Of a stretch of DNA of 32,730 nucleotides, positions 1 through 8,948 are shown piece by piece (position 1 is the stretch's first letter; each line of letters opens with the position of its first letter). The notes beneath the pieces are model-generated. The model was not told the origin of the DNA. It was given only the letters and a program-made list of their open reading frames with translations, and did no database searches. Position numbers and translations under genes: made by a program. The stretch comes from Cytophagales bacterium (lineage in GTDB: Bacteria > Bacteroidota > Bacteroidia > Cytophagales > Thermoflexibacteraceae), in NCBI GenBank assembly GCA_947457925.1, contig CANGYA010000020.1, forward strand, positions 1-32,730, written 5' to 3'.

Positions 1-467
1 ATTTTGTACTTGTCCTGCTGCAAGTGGCTGGGCTGTAGGGTGTCTTGGCGGTGCATACCTACAAAGTTGGTTTGGGCGGTGTAAATATAATCTGCTCCCT
101 GCCCTAAACCAAAATAGACAATATTAATAGAAATTACCTTTTTGATAGTGCCGTAAGCCTGTGCCTCTTGTATGTACTCTGTAACCAACTTAGCTACACC
201 GTATAACATACGGTGAAAATAGTCTAATTCGGGGTCGTTTTGTATTTCTATCAATACCAATTCGTTTTGTTCGGTACGTGCCAAAATATCCACTCGGTTA
301 AACTTGGCGTATTCGGTTTCTTTGTTGCTTTCACTCTCCAAAATAGCCTCTATACTTACATCAAACTTTAAGAGTTCGGACAAAAAACCCTCTAAGATTT
401 CATAGTTTGCCTTTTGGCGTAATAGTTTTTTGATAGCCCAATCAAAATGTACTAATTTTTTAGACAT
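1..467 (-). CDS. Rpn-family recombination-promoting nuclease / PD-(D/E)XK 'transposase_31'-like protein (C-terminal part runs off window start)
   Basis: Not in ORF track because no stop inside window. Manual translation from ATG at 465-467 (minus): MSKKLVHFDWAIKKLLRQKANYEILEGFLSELLKFDVSIEAILESESNKETEYAKFNRVDILARTEQNELVLIEIQNDPELDYFHRMLYGVAKL... This is the characteristic N-terminus of the multi-copy PD-(D/E)XK putative transposase family common in Bacteroidetes and cyanobacteria. Confidence 0.65.
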   Translation of the reverse strand, partial: MSKKLVHFDWAIKKLLRQKANYEILEGFLSELLKFDVSIEAILESESNKETEYAKFNRVDILARTEQNELVLIEIQNDPELDYFHRMLYGVAKLVTEYIQEAQAYGTIKKVISINIVYFGLGQGADYIYTAQTNFVGMHRQDTLQPSHLQQDKYK

Positions 468-584
468 TGTTCTTATGGTTTTGTACTCAAAAATACGAAA
501 AAAAGGTGTTAAGGTGTAAAAATAAAAGATGACTGCTTTAGGTTAAAACAGTCATCTTTTTATTTCTCCTAAAAGAAAAAAACA

Positions 585-1193
585 TCACAATTCTTGCTGC
601 ATCAAACGGGCTATGGCTACCGCCAAAGGCTCTTGGGTAGCCTCCAAAGCCTGTATCACACTTTCTTGGTCTTCTCTTTTTTTGCCCTGATTCAGTTTTT
701 TCTTTGCATCTATTCGGGTTACAGTTAGCTCAAAAGCTACTAATTCTTCTAACAAAGTTTTGCGGTAATTAGGCGGTAAGTTGTCCCAAAAATTAGCCTT
801 GTGGGTGGGTTCAAAATGCTGCACCGTTTTTTCCATTAAATTGAAAGTAGCTTGTTCGTCCAAAATACGCACCTTTCCGTAGGCGTGTACGGCTACGTAG
901 TTCCATGTGGGGACATTAGGCGAAGAAGTGTACCATGTAGGCGAAATATAGGCGTGAGGCTCACTGAAAATCACTAAAACCTCCTGATTTTCCAACTGTT
1001 GTGCCTGTGGGTTGGCTTTGGCAAGGTGCGAAAACAAAATAAGGTCGTCTTCTTGGTGTTGCAATAAAAAAGGTAAATGCGTGGCAGTCAAATGATTATC
1101 CAACAAACTTACCATACAAGCAAAATTGTATTGACGCATAAAACCCAAAATTTCTTCGGGTTTATCCATGTTATAATGTGGAGGAATATACAT
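585..1193 (-). CDS. paiB: FMN-binding negative transcriptional regulator, PaiB family
   Basis: 202 aa starting MYIPPHY..., very close to B. subtilis PaiB (MYIPKHF...). Size typical of the family. Confidence 0.8.
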   Translation of the reverse strand: MYIPPHYNMDKPEEILGFMRQYNFACMVSLLDNHLTATHLPFLLQHQEDDLILFSHLAKANPQAQQLENQEVLVIFSEPHAYISPTWYTSSPNVPTWNYVAVHAYGKVRILDEQATFNLMEKTVQHFEPTHKANFWDNLPPNYRKTLLEELVAFELTVTRIDAKKKLNQGKKREDQESVIQALEATQEPLAVAIARLMQQEL

Positions 1194-1235
1194 TAGGAGT
1201 AATTATTTAAGTAATGTAAGTTGCGTAGTATAAAA

Positions 1236-1407
1236 TGTACCGTACCCTTTAGGGTGCAAGGTCAATGATATAATTTTTCAAACTTAATATTTTAATTTAG
1301 TGTCGTGCTATAACTTTTTAAGGCACGACACTATATTAAAATCGTTATACAACAATAAACTTAAAATTTAACTTATATTGACCTTGCACCCTAAAGGGTA
1401 CGGTACA
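1236..1407. repeat. ~170-bp nested inverted-repeat element: perfect 31-bp terminal arms (1236-1266 / 1377-1407) enclosing an inner 11-bp IR (1298-1308 / 1323-1333) and AT-rich sub-palindromes
   Basis: Direct reading: GTACCGTACCCTTTAGGGTGCAAGGTCAAT ... ATTGACCTTGCACCCTAAAGGGTACGGTAC is an exact reverse complement. Inner TAGTGTCGTGC/GCACGACACTA is also exact. Sits between the paiB start and the stop of the OmpA-propeller gene. Confidence 0.8.
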
Positions 1408-1439
1408 CTACTCAACTTATGCTAATTAAAAATTACACT

Positions 1440-3071
1440 TTACCAGCTCAAAATTCGCATTTCTACTCGTCTGTTTTTTTCGGTGCTAAAACTTGCGACT
1501 AAAGGCTTGCTACCTCCGTAGGCTTTCGTAACAATTCGGTCTTGTTTCACGCCACCTGCGACCAAAAACAAAGCCACTGCATCTACCCGTCTTTGCGAAA
1601 GGTCTAAGAATTGCTGCGAAATTTTGTCATAATCAGGGTGATTCGTATCGGGGTTGCGGTCTGTATGCCCCGATAATTCTATGCTTGCTGTTGGATTTTC
1701 TATCATGAATTTAAGTAGTTGATTCACACCGTCATAGCTAATCAACTCCTCACTATTCGTCTTGAAAAAGATGCCTTTTAACTGAATAACTGCCCCTTTC
1801 TTTATTTCTTGTCCTTGAATCACAGCTACTTTGTTTTCGTCTGCTTTGGGTTCAACCTTTGTTACCACAGGCGTAACAACTTCTTCAAAATCAGGTCTTT
1901 CTACAGGTTTGGCAGCCAATAATTCTTCTGGTACTTTGTAGGGTGTAGGTGCTTTTACTGTTAAGGTTGGTGCAGCTACTTTTTTAGTTGGTATGGGTAT
2001 GGCTTTTTTGCGTTGTGGCGAGGCTGTCAAGATAATTTTTTCGGGCATAGGTTCAGGTTTTGGCTGCTCCACAGGGCGAGGGTCTAATTTATACAAGCCG
2101 TCATCAAACGTACCAATCCAAATCATATCGTCTTTGTCTAAGGCTAAACAAGTGGCTTGGCGAGATTTAAAATTAGAGTTTTTGGGTTCATAAATAACCC
2201 TGTCTTCGGTTTCATATCGGGCTAAACCATGTCCCGCAGCCCAAATTACGCCTTTTCGGTCTATCAATAAATCTTTGACCACTGTAAATTCATCTTTACC
2301 TTTTACTTTGTGTACTTCATTGTTGCAATAAACCATTGGTTTACTGCGTTTTTCCATACACAAACACACATTATTTTTACGGTCTGTCGTAATTGCCGTT
2401 ACCCAACCATTCATATCATACAAATCCCAAATGCTGCCGTCTTTTGTACTACATAAACCTTTGTCTGTGCCTACCCACTTTACATCTTCACTATCTACGG
2501 CAATGGCGTAAATATGATTACTTGGAATTTCGTACACCGTAGAAATATCGTAATTGTACCATTTTCCTTTGTCGTCCAGCATCCATACACCACTTTCCTT
2601 AGTTGCCACCCATTTCTTGCCTTGTTGGTCTATGGCAATACCCATGATGTAGTGATTTTTGTTTTGGAAATTGGGCATTTCATAATGTCTTACATATTGC
2701 CCTTCTCTGTTGAGTTGTATCAATGAAACGCCATTGTGGTAAGAACCTACCCACTTATTGCCCGACCTGTCCACTGCTATAGCCGTAATGTGCCGCAATA
2801 AGGTATCAGTTGTATGTGGATTGCTGTAAGGTTGCCATGCTTGGGCTACTGTATCTCCTGTAAATTTGTAAAATAACGTATTTGTGCCTACCCACTTTAT
2901 GCCGTCTTGGTCGACTGCCACACACAGCACCTCGCCCAACTGCATATTAGCGGGTTCATATTTTCTAAAAATTTGGGCATACAAAGGAAAAATATTGATG
3001 ACTACAAGCCAACTTGCTACTAATCCTAAAAGTAGGTTACGCTGCATACTTATTTTCATTGAATCTCTCAA
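1440..3071 (-). CDS. Secreted β-propeller (two-component-regulator-propeller/Reg_prop-like repeats) protein with Pro-rich linker and C-terminal OmpA-family peptidoglycan-binding domain
   Basis: N-terminal signal/TM segment. Repeated 'KWVGT / KWVAT / VWMLD / IWIGT' propeller-blade motifs. P/E/K-rich linker (PKPEPMPEK...KAPTPYKVPEEL). The C-terminal ~110 aa (TNSEELISYDGVNQLLKFMIENPTASIELSGHTDR...RRVDAVALFLV...NRRVEMRIL) matches the OmpA_C-like domain. Confidence 0.7.
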   Translation of the reverse strand: MRDSMKISMQRNLLLGLVASWLVVINIFPLYAQIFRKYEPANMQLGEVLCVAVDQDGIKWVGTNTLFYKFTGDTVAQAWQPYSNPHTTDTLLRHITAIAVDRSGNKWVGSYHNGVSLIQLNREGQYVRHYEMPNFQNKNHYIMGIAIDQQGKKWVATKESGVWMLDDKGKWYNYDISTVYEIPSNHIYAIAVDSEDVKWVGTDKGLCSTKDGSIWDLYDMNGWVTAITTDRKNNVCLCMEKRSKPMVYCNNEVHKVKGKDEFTVVKDLLIDRKGVIWAAGHGLARYETEDRVIYEPKNSNFKSRQATCLALDKDDMIWIGTFDDGLYKLDPRPVEQPKPEPMPEKIILTASPQRKKAIPIPTKKVAAPTLTVKAPTPYKVPEELLAAKPVERPDFEEVVTPVVTKVEPKADENKVAVIQGQEIKKGAVIQLKGIFFKTNSEELISYDGVNQLLKFMIENPTASIELSGHTDRNPDTNHPDYDKISQQFLDLSQRRVDAVALFLVAGGVKQDRIVTKAYGGSKPLVASFSTEKNRRVEMRILSW

Positions 3072-3204
3072 ATCTACATTTTTTTTCTAATACTTTATAG
3101 CAAATTATGAAAAAGTCAATTCTTTAATAGTGTATTTATTACACTATTTAACAGCTCTTGATTAATATGAAATATTGAGTATATTTTCTAACAATAAAAA
3201 AACT

Positions 3205-3624
3205 CTATTGAATAGAAAAATTAACCGTGGTCGTTGTTTTTTCATTCAACTGTATATCACATTTGTAAGTACCTTTTTGCCAAGGTCTTGCCAAAGAAAA
3301 CGGAAAAACTACTTGTTGGCTCAATGAATCTGTAATTGCCTCTAAAGCCCGTACTTCGTAGTTCTCAAAACCACCTTCCGCCTCCACAGCTATTAAAGTA
3401 GCAACAAGTTTTGCCCCAGCCTCTTTTTTATTCAGTTGTACGACACAATGAAAAGTATTGTCTGTAGCAGGTACTACCGCCAGTTTTTCGCCTACTTGCC
3501 CTTCTTTGTCCTTAGCTATATATACTTCGCTAATAGCCAATGCTTGTGTCGTTTCTTTGGTCGAATTACAAGCATACATAATAAAAGTAAACACAAAAAG
3601 AATAAAAGAGTGTGTAAAACGCAT
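3205..3624 (-). CDS. Hypothetical lipoprotein (139 aa)
   Basis: Signal peptide with lipobox-like Cys (FTFIMYAC|NSTKE). No recognisable domain. Confidence 0.5.
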   Translation of the reverse strand: MRFTHSFILFVFTFIMYACNSTKETTQALAISEVYIAKDKEGQVGEKLAVVPATDNTFHCVVQLNKKEAGAKLVATLIAVEAEGGFENYEVRALEAITDSLSQQVVFPFSLARPWQKGTYKCDIQLNEKTTTTVNFSIQ

Positions 3625-3715
3625 AGCGTATGTAATTTTTAATTAGTAAATTTTAAATTAAGACTTTCCAAGTTTTATAAACTTGAAAAGTCTTACAACG
3701 GCACTATATTATGTA

Positions 3716-4813
3716 CTACACATTGAAACGGAAGTGCATAATATCTCCGTCTTGTACCACATAGTCCTTGCCTTCTACACCTATTTTCCCTGCATTACGG
3801 CAAGCTGCTTCGGTTTTATATTGCTGATAGTCATTGATTTTAATTACTTCTGCACGAATAAAACCACGTTCAAAGTCAGAGTGAATGACCCCTGCTGCTT
3901 GTGGGGCTTTCCAACCTCTAAGAATTGTCCAAGCACGTACTTCTTTTTCGCCTGCGGTAAAGTAAGTAATAAGGTTCAACAAACTGTAGGCAGCACGAAT
4001 CAACTTATTTAAGCCAGACTCTTTCAAGCCGTATTCTTCCAAAAATAACTGTTTTTCTTCTTCGGTGTCCATAATAGCAATTTGCGACTCTATGGCAGCA
4101 CACACCATAATTACTTGTGCATTTTCGTCTTTTACGGCATTTTTCAATGTTTCAACGTATTCATTGCCCGAAATAATAGACTTTTCATCTACATTCGCCA
4201 CATAAATTACAGGCTTGATAGTCAATAAGAACAAATCAGCTACGGCTTCTTTTTCTTCGGCTGTTACGTCTAAACCTCTTGCATTTTTGCCTTGCTCCAA
4301 ATGGGCTTTGAATCTTTCTAAAGCTGCCAACTCTTTTTTGGCTTTGTCATCACCTATCTTTGCTGCACGAGAAACCTTCAATAGTTTCTTTTCAACTGCC
4401 TCCAAATCTTTGAGTTGTAGCTCCATGTCTATCACCTCTTTGTCTGATACAGGGTCGACTTTGCCTGCTACGTGAATCACGTTGTCGTCTGCAAAGCACC
4501 GAACTACGTGAGCTATGGCATCTACTTCGCGTATATTTGCCAAAAATTGGTTGCCCAAACCTTCGCCTTTGCTTGCTCCTTTAACTAAACCCGCAATATC
4601 CACAAATTCGAAAACTGTAGGAATTACTTTTTGAGGATTTACCAAGTCTTCTAATACCTTCAGGCGGTTGTCTGGTACTGTTACCACTCCCACGTTAGGC
4701 TCTATAGTACAGAAAGGATAATTAGCTGCTTCGGCTTTGGCACTCGACAGTGCATTGAAAAGAGTTGATTTACCTACATTTGGCAAACCAACGATACCAC
4801 ATTGCAAACCCAT
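3716..4813 (-). CDS. ychF: Redox-regulated ribosome-binding ATPase YchF (Obg-family GTPase)
   Basis: [23 protein letters not shown]... G1 motif, 365 aa, TGS domain at the C-terminus. Unmistakable YchF/OLA1. Confidence 0.95.
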   Translation of the reverse strand: MGLQCGIVGLPNVGKSTLFNALSSAKAEAANYPFCTIEPNVGVVTVPDNRLKVLEDLVNPQKVIPTVFEFVDIAGLVKGASKGEGLGNQFLANIREVDAIAHVVRCFADDNVIHVAGKVDPVSDKEVIDMELQLKDLEAVEKKLLKVSRAAKIGDDKAKKELAALERFKAHLEQGKNARGLDVTAEEKEAVADLFLLTIKPVIYVANVDEKSIISGNEYVETLKNAVKDENAQVIMVCAAIESQIAIMDTEEEKQLFLEEYGLKESGLNKLIRAAYSLLNLITYFTAGEKEVRAWTILRGWKAPQAAGVIHSDFERGFIRAEVIKINDYQQYKTEAACRNAGKIGVEGKDYVVQDGDIMHFRFNV

Positions 4814-4877
4814 GTTTATTTTGATATAAATAAAGAATAATGAAAACTGTGTTGAATAATCTGCGTTGTGTAGTATC

Positions 4878-4983
4878 TGTAGAACGGACTTTAGTCCGTT
4901 TTTAGCAATGAAAATAAGTTTTTTTCATATAAAAACAACTTTTTATAGAAAACACACAAAAACGGACTAAAGTCCGTTCTACA
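4878..4983. repeat. Inverted-repeat element: perfect 26-bp arms (4878-4903 / 4958-4983) separated by 54 bp
   Basis: TGTAGAACGGACTTTAGTCCGTTTTT vs AAAAACGGACTAAAGTCCGTTCTACA are exact reverse complements. Each arm itself contains the near-palindrome GGACTTTAGTCC. Confidence 0.8.
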
Positions 4984-5128
4984 TTAGGGACTAAACAACT
5001 CTCATTGATTAATAAAGTGCAAAGGTAATATTTTTTTGGTAGTGCTACGCAAATTGTGTAGAACTGTTAGTAAGTTCTAAAAACATTCATTAGTTCTATT
5101 CGTAACTCGTAATTTCTAATTCGTAATT

Positions 5129-6223
5129 TTAATTACTGTTTTTGGGTGCAAATAGTTTTTTGGTATCTACTGTTAAGCCAATCGTATGTACTGCCCCTGC
5201 GATGTGCTGCACACTGTAGGCATAGTTACATTCAAAGGCTTTGAGGCGGAGCATAAAGCCCAAAGACAAGCCTGTCAAGCCCTTGCTTACGCCTTGAATA
5301 CCCAACTCTCTGCGTGTCAGGAAATTATAACCTGCTCGTACCTGAAAACTATTGCTTAAAATTATCTCTGTACCTACCACAAAACGGCTCGTTAGTTTTT
5401 CTACAAAATTGGGGGATTGATGAATAGGATTGCCGTTTTCGTCTGTGGCATTGGCGATATTGGGATTGTCATAAATAATGTCTGTAGGATAAAAATGATG
5501 TACGGTAAAAGACAAACGAAAAGGCATTTTTTTAGGCTTAAAACTTGTTCCCACCTGCACATCAAAAGGCATTGTAAAGTTATTGACTGCTGTATAATTA
5601 CTTAAGGCAAAGCCTACATTTTTTACGACCATGCCTACTCTAAAATCATGTTTGGGGTGAATAAATGCACCGCCCATGTCCACCAACAAAGCACTGCTAC
5701 CATAACCCGCAATTTGGGAGTTTACAAATTTGATACTACCGCCCAAACTAAACACACCAACTTGTTTGGCATAGCCAAGAGCCAAGGCGTAGTCTGTGGC
5801 AGAAAAACTATTGGTAGGGTTGCCCAATGCGTCATAGCCTTGTATCGTGCCGTAGTTGAGGTACTGAATACCTGCCGACCAGTTGCCTGTGCGTGCATGA
5901 TGCCAACCGAAAGTAGTGCAGAGTTGCGAAATGCCTGCGTAGTAGCTCGTGTAGTTGAGGCTAAGTTGGCGGTGGTTGTCTGCGTGAGCTAAGGCGGGGT
6001 TTTGCCAAAACATATTCACATCTTGTGTAGTAGCCGAAACATTCATGCCTCCCAAAGCTGCAATGCGTGGATTTTGGGGCAATTTGACGAAATTAAAAGA
6101 ACTTCGCCCTCCTAAGTTTTGGGCTACTGCCCACGAACAACTAAGGAATAAGCAACCTACCAATACGCCTACTATTTTGGACACTACGGTAAAACCTGTA
6201 AATATTTTTGAGCTAAAAAACAT
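5129..6223 (-). CDS. T9SS-associated outer-membrane β-barrel protein, PorQ-like (PorQ/PorV FadL-like family)
   Basis: Signal peptide followed by 'GGRSSFNFVKLPQNPRIAALGGMNVS', which resembles the PorQ-family N-terminal signature (G-x-S-F-x-F-L-x-L-P-x-x-A-R-x-x-A-L-G-G). Size ~360 aa, β-strand-rich, aromatic-rich. The assignment rests on motif recall rather than a search. Confidence 0.5.
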   Translation of the reverse strand: MFFSSKIFTGFTVVSKIVGVLVGCLFLSCSWAVAQNLGGRSSFNFVKLPQNPRIAALGGMNVSATTQDVNMFWQNPALAHADNHRQLSLNYTSYYAGISQLCTTFGWHHARTGNWSAGIQYLNYGTIQGYDALGNPTNSFSATDYALALGYAKQVGVFSLGGSIKFVNSQIAGYGSSALLVDMGGAFIHPKHDFRVGMVVKNVGFALSNYTAVNNFTMPFDVQVGTSFKPKKMPFRLSFTVHHFYPTDIIYDNPNIANATDENGNPIHQSPNFVEKLTSRFVVGTEIILSNSFQVRAGYNFLTRRELGIQGVSKGLTGLSLGFMLRLKAFECNYAYSVQHIAGAVHTIGLTVDTKKLFAPKNSN

Positions 6224-6380
6224 GGTAGTTTGTGAATAAATAGAAAATTATTTGATTCATTAGAGATTATTAAGTTGTTGTAACATAGATTTTAGTCTGT
6301 GTAATAATTAATTGATTAGCAATGTATTACAGGCACAGACTAAAGTCTATGCTACAGACCTTAATAAGTTCTATTAAAGA

Positions 6381-6424
6381 TTAAAAAAAACTAACAGTAT
6401 ATTCGCCTAAAGACGAATATACTG
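6381..6424 (-). terminator. Intrinsic terminator for the cytidylyltransferase gene (hairpin CAGTATATTCG-cctaaaga-CGAATATACTG, then UUAGUUUUUUUU on minus strand)
   Basis: 11-bp perfect stem 6395-6405/6414-6424, 1 nt after the stop at 6426-6428. A-run at 6381-6390 on plus corresponds to a U-run on the minus transcript. Confidence 0.7.
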
Positions 6425-6425
6425 C

Positions 6426-7103
6426 TTAACCATTGTAATATTTATGAGCCATTTCCGTCAAAGTAAAGTCTATTTCTTCGTCGATGTCTAAGGCTTCGGA
6501 CTTCGGAATTTCAAATAAATAAGGACGGTTGCCGATACGATTGTGTTTTTCTTCTAAGAGTTGTTTGCTGAAAATATACATACAAGAGTTTTCTTCGTAA
6601 ATAGGCGGAAGGTCTTGTGTACGCAACAAAATATTAGGATTGTGGTTCACTGCCCTTGCCAAACCGTCCCACAAACGAGTTTGTAGCCTTGTAACCGTAA
6701 ATAGTGAGTCGTAAATAGGATATTGACCAATGAATTGTTCTATGGCTTTGCTAATCGTAGCTGCTTTGAGCAAAGGGTTGGTACTGTGTGTTTGCAAGTA
6801 AAAATCGGCTGGCACTTGGTTCACAATATTCAATAAAACGTCATTCATCGGGATATTGCCATCTCTTAGGTGTTCGGGGCGTTGTAATACAAGCACTTGC
6901 GGAAATACCTCTTTGGCATAGTCCATAATCACAGGGCTGTCTGTGTCTATCACCACTTTGTAAAGCTGTGGACAATCCAATAAACTCTGTATGATATGGT
7001 GAAAAAGAGGTTTGCCGTTAAAATCTCTGTAGTTTTTGCCTTTTACTCTTTCGCTGCTGTGTCGCATGGGGATAAGAGCTACTATAGTCGGTTTTTGTCG
7101 CAT
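6426..7103 (-). CDS. Acylneuraminate (CMP-nonulosonic acid / CMP-sugar) cytidylyltransferase family protein
   Basis: 225 aa. N-terminal 'IVALIPMRHSSERVKGKNYRDFNGKPL' matches the CMP-NeuAc/CMP-Kdo synthetase-type cytidylyltransferase motif (IPAR-GSKR-KN). Confidence 0.7.
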   Translation of the reverse strand: MRQKPTIVALIPMRHSSERVKGKNYRDFNGKPLFHHIIQSLLDCPQLYKVVIDTDSPVIMDYAKEVFPQVLVLQRPEHLRDGNIPMNDVLLNIVNQVPADFYLQTHSTNPLLKAATISKAIEQFIGQYPIYDSLFTVTRLQTRLWDGLARAVNHNPNILLRTQDLPPIYEENSCMYIFSKQLLEEKHNRIGNRPYLFEIPKSEALDIDEEIDFTLTEMAHKYYNG

Positions 7104-7177
7104 GGTAGTAAAGTGGTTGATTATTCAAAAACAATATTGAACAAATATAGAAATTAGGTATTGAAAAGGCAGGAATT

Positions 7178-7237
7178 TATTAAAAAAACTATTACTACTA
7201 CCAAGTGCATTGCAGCATTTGGTAGTAGTAATAGTTT
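7178..7237 (-). terminator. Intrinsic terminator downstream of the DUF2147 gene (19-bp stem 7186-7204/7219-7237, 14-nt loop, U-rich tail on minus strand)
   Basis: AAACTATTACTACTACCAA / TTGGTAGTAGTAATAGTTT are an exact inverted repeat. The minus-strand transcript continues UUUUAAUAAA. Confidence 0.65.
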
Positions 7238-7302
7238 TGCAAAAACTTAATGAATTACCTACTAAAAAACTCTATAATTTTTAGTAGGTATATTAAATGG
7301 TG

Positions 7303-7791
7303 TTATTTGCCTGTAGTTACAGAAGTTTTTACTTGTAATCTTTTCCAAGTATCTGTTTTGCCAAACAACGAAACACCAATAAAGCCACGCACTTCCATCG
7401 TGTTGGGGTCTGGCATTTCTACTTTACAGCTATACGTGCTACCACTTTCTGGGTCATAGATAGTTCCATTTTCCCATAGTTTTTCGCCTTTGTACTCAAA
7501 ACCTTGTAACAATAGATAGCCTAACAAGGGCGTAGTACGTTTGCTTTCGTCTGGGTTGTTTTTATCTACCTTTGGTTTGCCCGTATTAGGGTCGTTAGGT
7601 TCTTTTAACCATACGATTCTCCCATAATATTTGCCGTCTTTTGCTTTGTAAATATTTACACGAGCTTTGCCGTTACTGGGTAACCAAAGTCCCACTAAGC
7701 CGTCTGCTTCTTGAGCCATTGCATTTGTACCTAAAAAGAACAAAAATGCGAAAAATACTGAAAGTTTTAAGATGGTGTTTTTCATACTCAA
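7303..7791 (-). CDS. DUF2147 domain-containing secreted protein
   Basis: Signal peptide. 'GLWLPSNGKARVNIYKAKDGKYYGRIVWLKEP...GTIYDPESGSTYSCKVEMPDPNTMEVRGF' matches the DUF2147 pattern (G-W...G-x-Y-x-G-K-I...YDP-x-x-G-K-x-Y-x-C-K-M). Confidence 0.65.
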   Translation of the reverse strand: MSMKNTILKLSVFFAFLFFLGTNAMAQEADGLVGLWLPSNGKARVNIYKAKDGKYYGRIVWLKEPNDPNTGKPKVDKNNPDESKRTTPLLGYLLLQGFEYKGEKLWENGTIYDPESGSTYSCKVEMPDPNTMEVRGFIGVSLFGKTDTWKRLQVKTSVTTGK

Positions 7792-7844
7792 TGATTAATG
7801 GTTTTAAAAGTAAATGATAAAAGTGAAAACAAGATTTTAGGATT

Positions 7845-8948
7845 TTATGGACTTACTAAATTGATACTTACATTGAAGTACAATGGATTGGTAACACTGT
7901 TTGTGAATACATAAGGGTCATTGCTAAAGAAGCTGCGGAAAGGGTCGCCATGGTCTATATTATAGCTATTTCTCCAGTTGTAACGGTAGCCTGCTTGCAC
8001 AGACAGCCAAATGAAGTCATACAAAGACCTTTCATAAATGACACGCAAACGCAATTCAGACCTTTTCAATTCTAAGTCATGGTGCATTTTGCCATCTGCA
8101 TTAAACACCATATCTCTGTTTTGCAAACGGTACGTATGCCCTTCTAATTCATAACCCAACATCAGTAAACTTCTTGGGCTAAAAGAACGGCGGTAATGAG
8201 CCCTTGCAGGAAACACAGCCTCTACACCCCATTTGCGGTTTTCAGAAGTATAATTATACAAAACAACAGGAATGTAGTTTAATGCACCTACTCTGTAAGT
8301 ACGAGCAGCACCAAAACCAAATTGCAGACGGTCATGCTTTTTCCAACCAAATACGCCCAACACACTGTGTCGTAGGTAGCTCAAAGACTGCCATTCGTTT
8401 AGGCGATAGTCGCCATTAAGGTCGTGGCTGGTTTGTAGCAAAATAAAATTCTTTTCGTTCAAAGGCTTGAATACGGTAAGATTTACGCCTGTACTACGCA
8501 AGGCAGACGCATTCAAAGATTTTGTAAGCCCACTTGTCAATTCAGCAGGTTTTTCAAAACTGTAGTTGGTTTCCATGTAGGTAGCCCCTAAGTTCACTGT
8601 AATTTTATTGTGAGAAATCACAGGGAAATTAGCTAAAAAACGCAAACCATGTGCAGCCGATACTTTGTTAGTGCTTTCCTTAGTTCCTCCACCTGTATTA
8701 GAGGTCATGTCATAACCTAATTGGTAGTCATAGCCCAAAGACACCAATTTAGTAGGGCTAATCCCAAAGATTTTTGAGGTGCAATATCTCTTTACGCCTG
8801 AAGCCTCCTCTATATCGCCTGCAAACTGGCTAAAATCCATTTCTGGCTCACCACCTGCCGCTGCCGTAGAGTCTGCTGTAGTTTGTGCATAAGCCGTAGC
8901 AACACCTAAACAGCTTAACATGGCAGCCGTTACAAATAATTTTTTCAT
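7845..8948 (-). CDS. Hypothetical outer-membrane β-barrel protein (signal peptide, 367 aa)
   Basis: Cleavable signal peptide (AYAQ). Alternating-hydrophobic, aromatic/Gly-rich composition typical of OM β-barrels. No specific family recognised. Confidence 0.4.
   Translation of the reverse strand: MKKLFVTAAMLSCLGVATAYAQTTADSTAAAGGEPEMDFSQFAGDIEEASGVKRYCTSKIFGISPTKLVSLGYDYQLGYDMTSNTGGGTKESTNKVSAAHGLRFLANFPVISHNKITVNLGATYMETNYSFEKPAELTSGLTKSLNASALRSTGVNLTVFKPLNEKNFILLQTSHDLNGDYRLNEWQSLSYLRHSVLGVFGWKKHDRLQFGFGAARTYRVGALNYIPVVLYNYTSENRKWGVEAVFPARAHYRRSFSPRSLLMLGYELEGHTYRLQNRDMVFNADGKMHHDLELKRSELRLRVIYERSLYDFIWLSVQAGYRYNWRNSYNIDHGDPFRSFFSNDPYVFTNSVTNPLYFNVSINLVSP

Noticed and set aside
1993-3090. 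Three short plus-strand ORFs (1993..2193, 2514..2726, 2884..3090) inside the OmpA-propeller gene
   Set aside because: Fully overlapped by a longer, domain-supported minus-strand CDS. No independent evidence.
5098-5128. Short direct repeats TCGTAA x3 just downstream of the PorQ-like stop
   Set aside because: Too short and irregular (spacing 8-14 nt) to call a repeat element. Likely AT-rich spacer noise.
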